From contig NC_135250.1 of the NCBI RefSeq assembly GCF_964204865.1, positions 27,838,001-27,902,000 of the forward strand: a stretch of 64,000 nucleotides of DNA. The letters are read 5' to 3'. A program made the position numbers and the translations under genes. The notes beneath the pieces are model-generated. The model saw nothing but the letters and a program-made list of their open reading frames with translations. It had not been told where the DNA came from and did no database searches. Source of the stretch: Styela clava. Its lineage: Eukaryota. Below are positions 63,835 to 64,000 of the stretch, piece after piece (position 1 is the stretch's first letter; every line of letters starts with the position of its first letter).

Positions 63835-64000
63835 TTCCAGGTTCTGAGAATTACTGAAAATTTGTCGGTTCGTATTCAGATGATCCATAAGGTTGTTTCA
63901 ATTGCTTATCAAGTATCCCACTTGATCTGGATGAGTAGTCGTCTCAGAATGAACGTCTGAAATAGGTATTTCGTATCCACAGGTCGCGGCTAGTATAGCT
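63835..64000 (-). pseudogene. C4: 3' end of another class III tail exon, running off the window
   Basis: AATCGYEIPISDVHSETTTHPD...SSEYEPTNF, homologous to C2 and C3. Confidence 0.75.

Overview
AT-rich eukaryotic genomic DNA. The compact introns and repeat types suggest an invertebrate, possibly an ascidian, but this is inference. Almost the whole window is a tandem array of multi-exon genes on the minus strand that the ORF track only catches in fragments. Manual splicing (GT/AG sites, consistent phases, exon sizes 34/85/137/30/231 nt conserved across copies) gives type I membrane proteins of about 350 aa: signal peptide, 6-Cys ectodomain that looks like a divergent CUB fold, Thr/Ser-rich stalk, uncharged TM and a tyrosine-motif tail. 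The same ectodomain is joined to two unrelated stalk/TM/tail modules. Class I (genes A, D, E, G) has YxxL, YSVV and NVLY motifs and a variable QQENEV repeat. Class II (genes B, F, H, I) has IYEN, YELP, YEPT and YHDI motifs. A third, degenerate gene type (C1-C4) has a class II-like tail but a different leader and ectodomain. Transcription order (right to left) is C4, J(fragment), I, H, G, C3, F, E, C2, D, C1, B, A, i.e. repeated C/II/I cassettes reshaped by unequal crossover, deletion, exon exchange and pseudogenisation. This is the architecture of a paired-receptor cluster under birth-and-death evolution; an immune or recognition role is inferred, not shown. Also present: hAT-type non-autonomous elements with 8-bp TSDs, a nested Penelope-like GIY-YIG fragment with a minimal hammerhead ribozyme, a 4-bp-TSD TIR element, fold-back MITEs, a SINE remnant and an 84-bp minisatellite.
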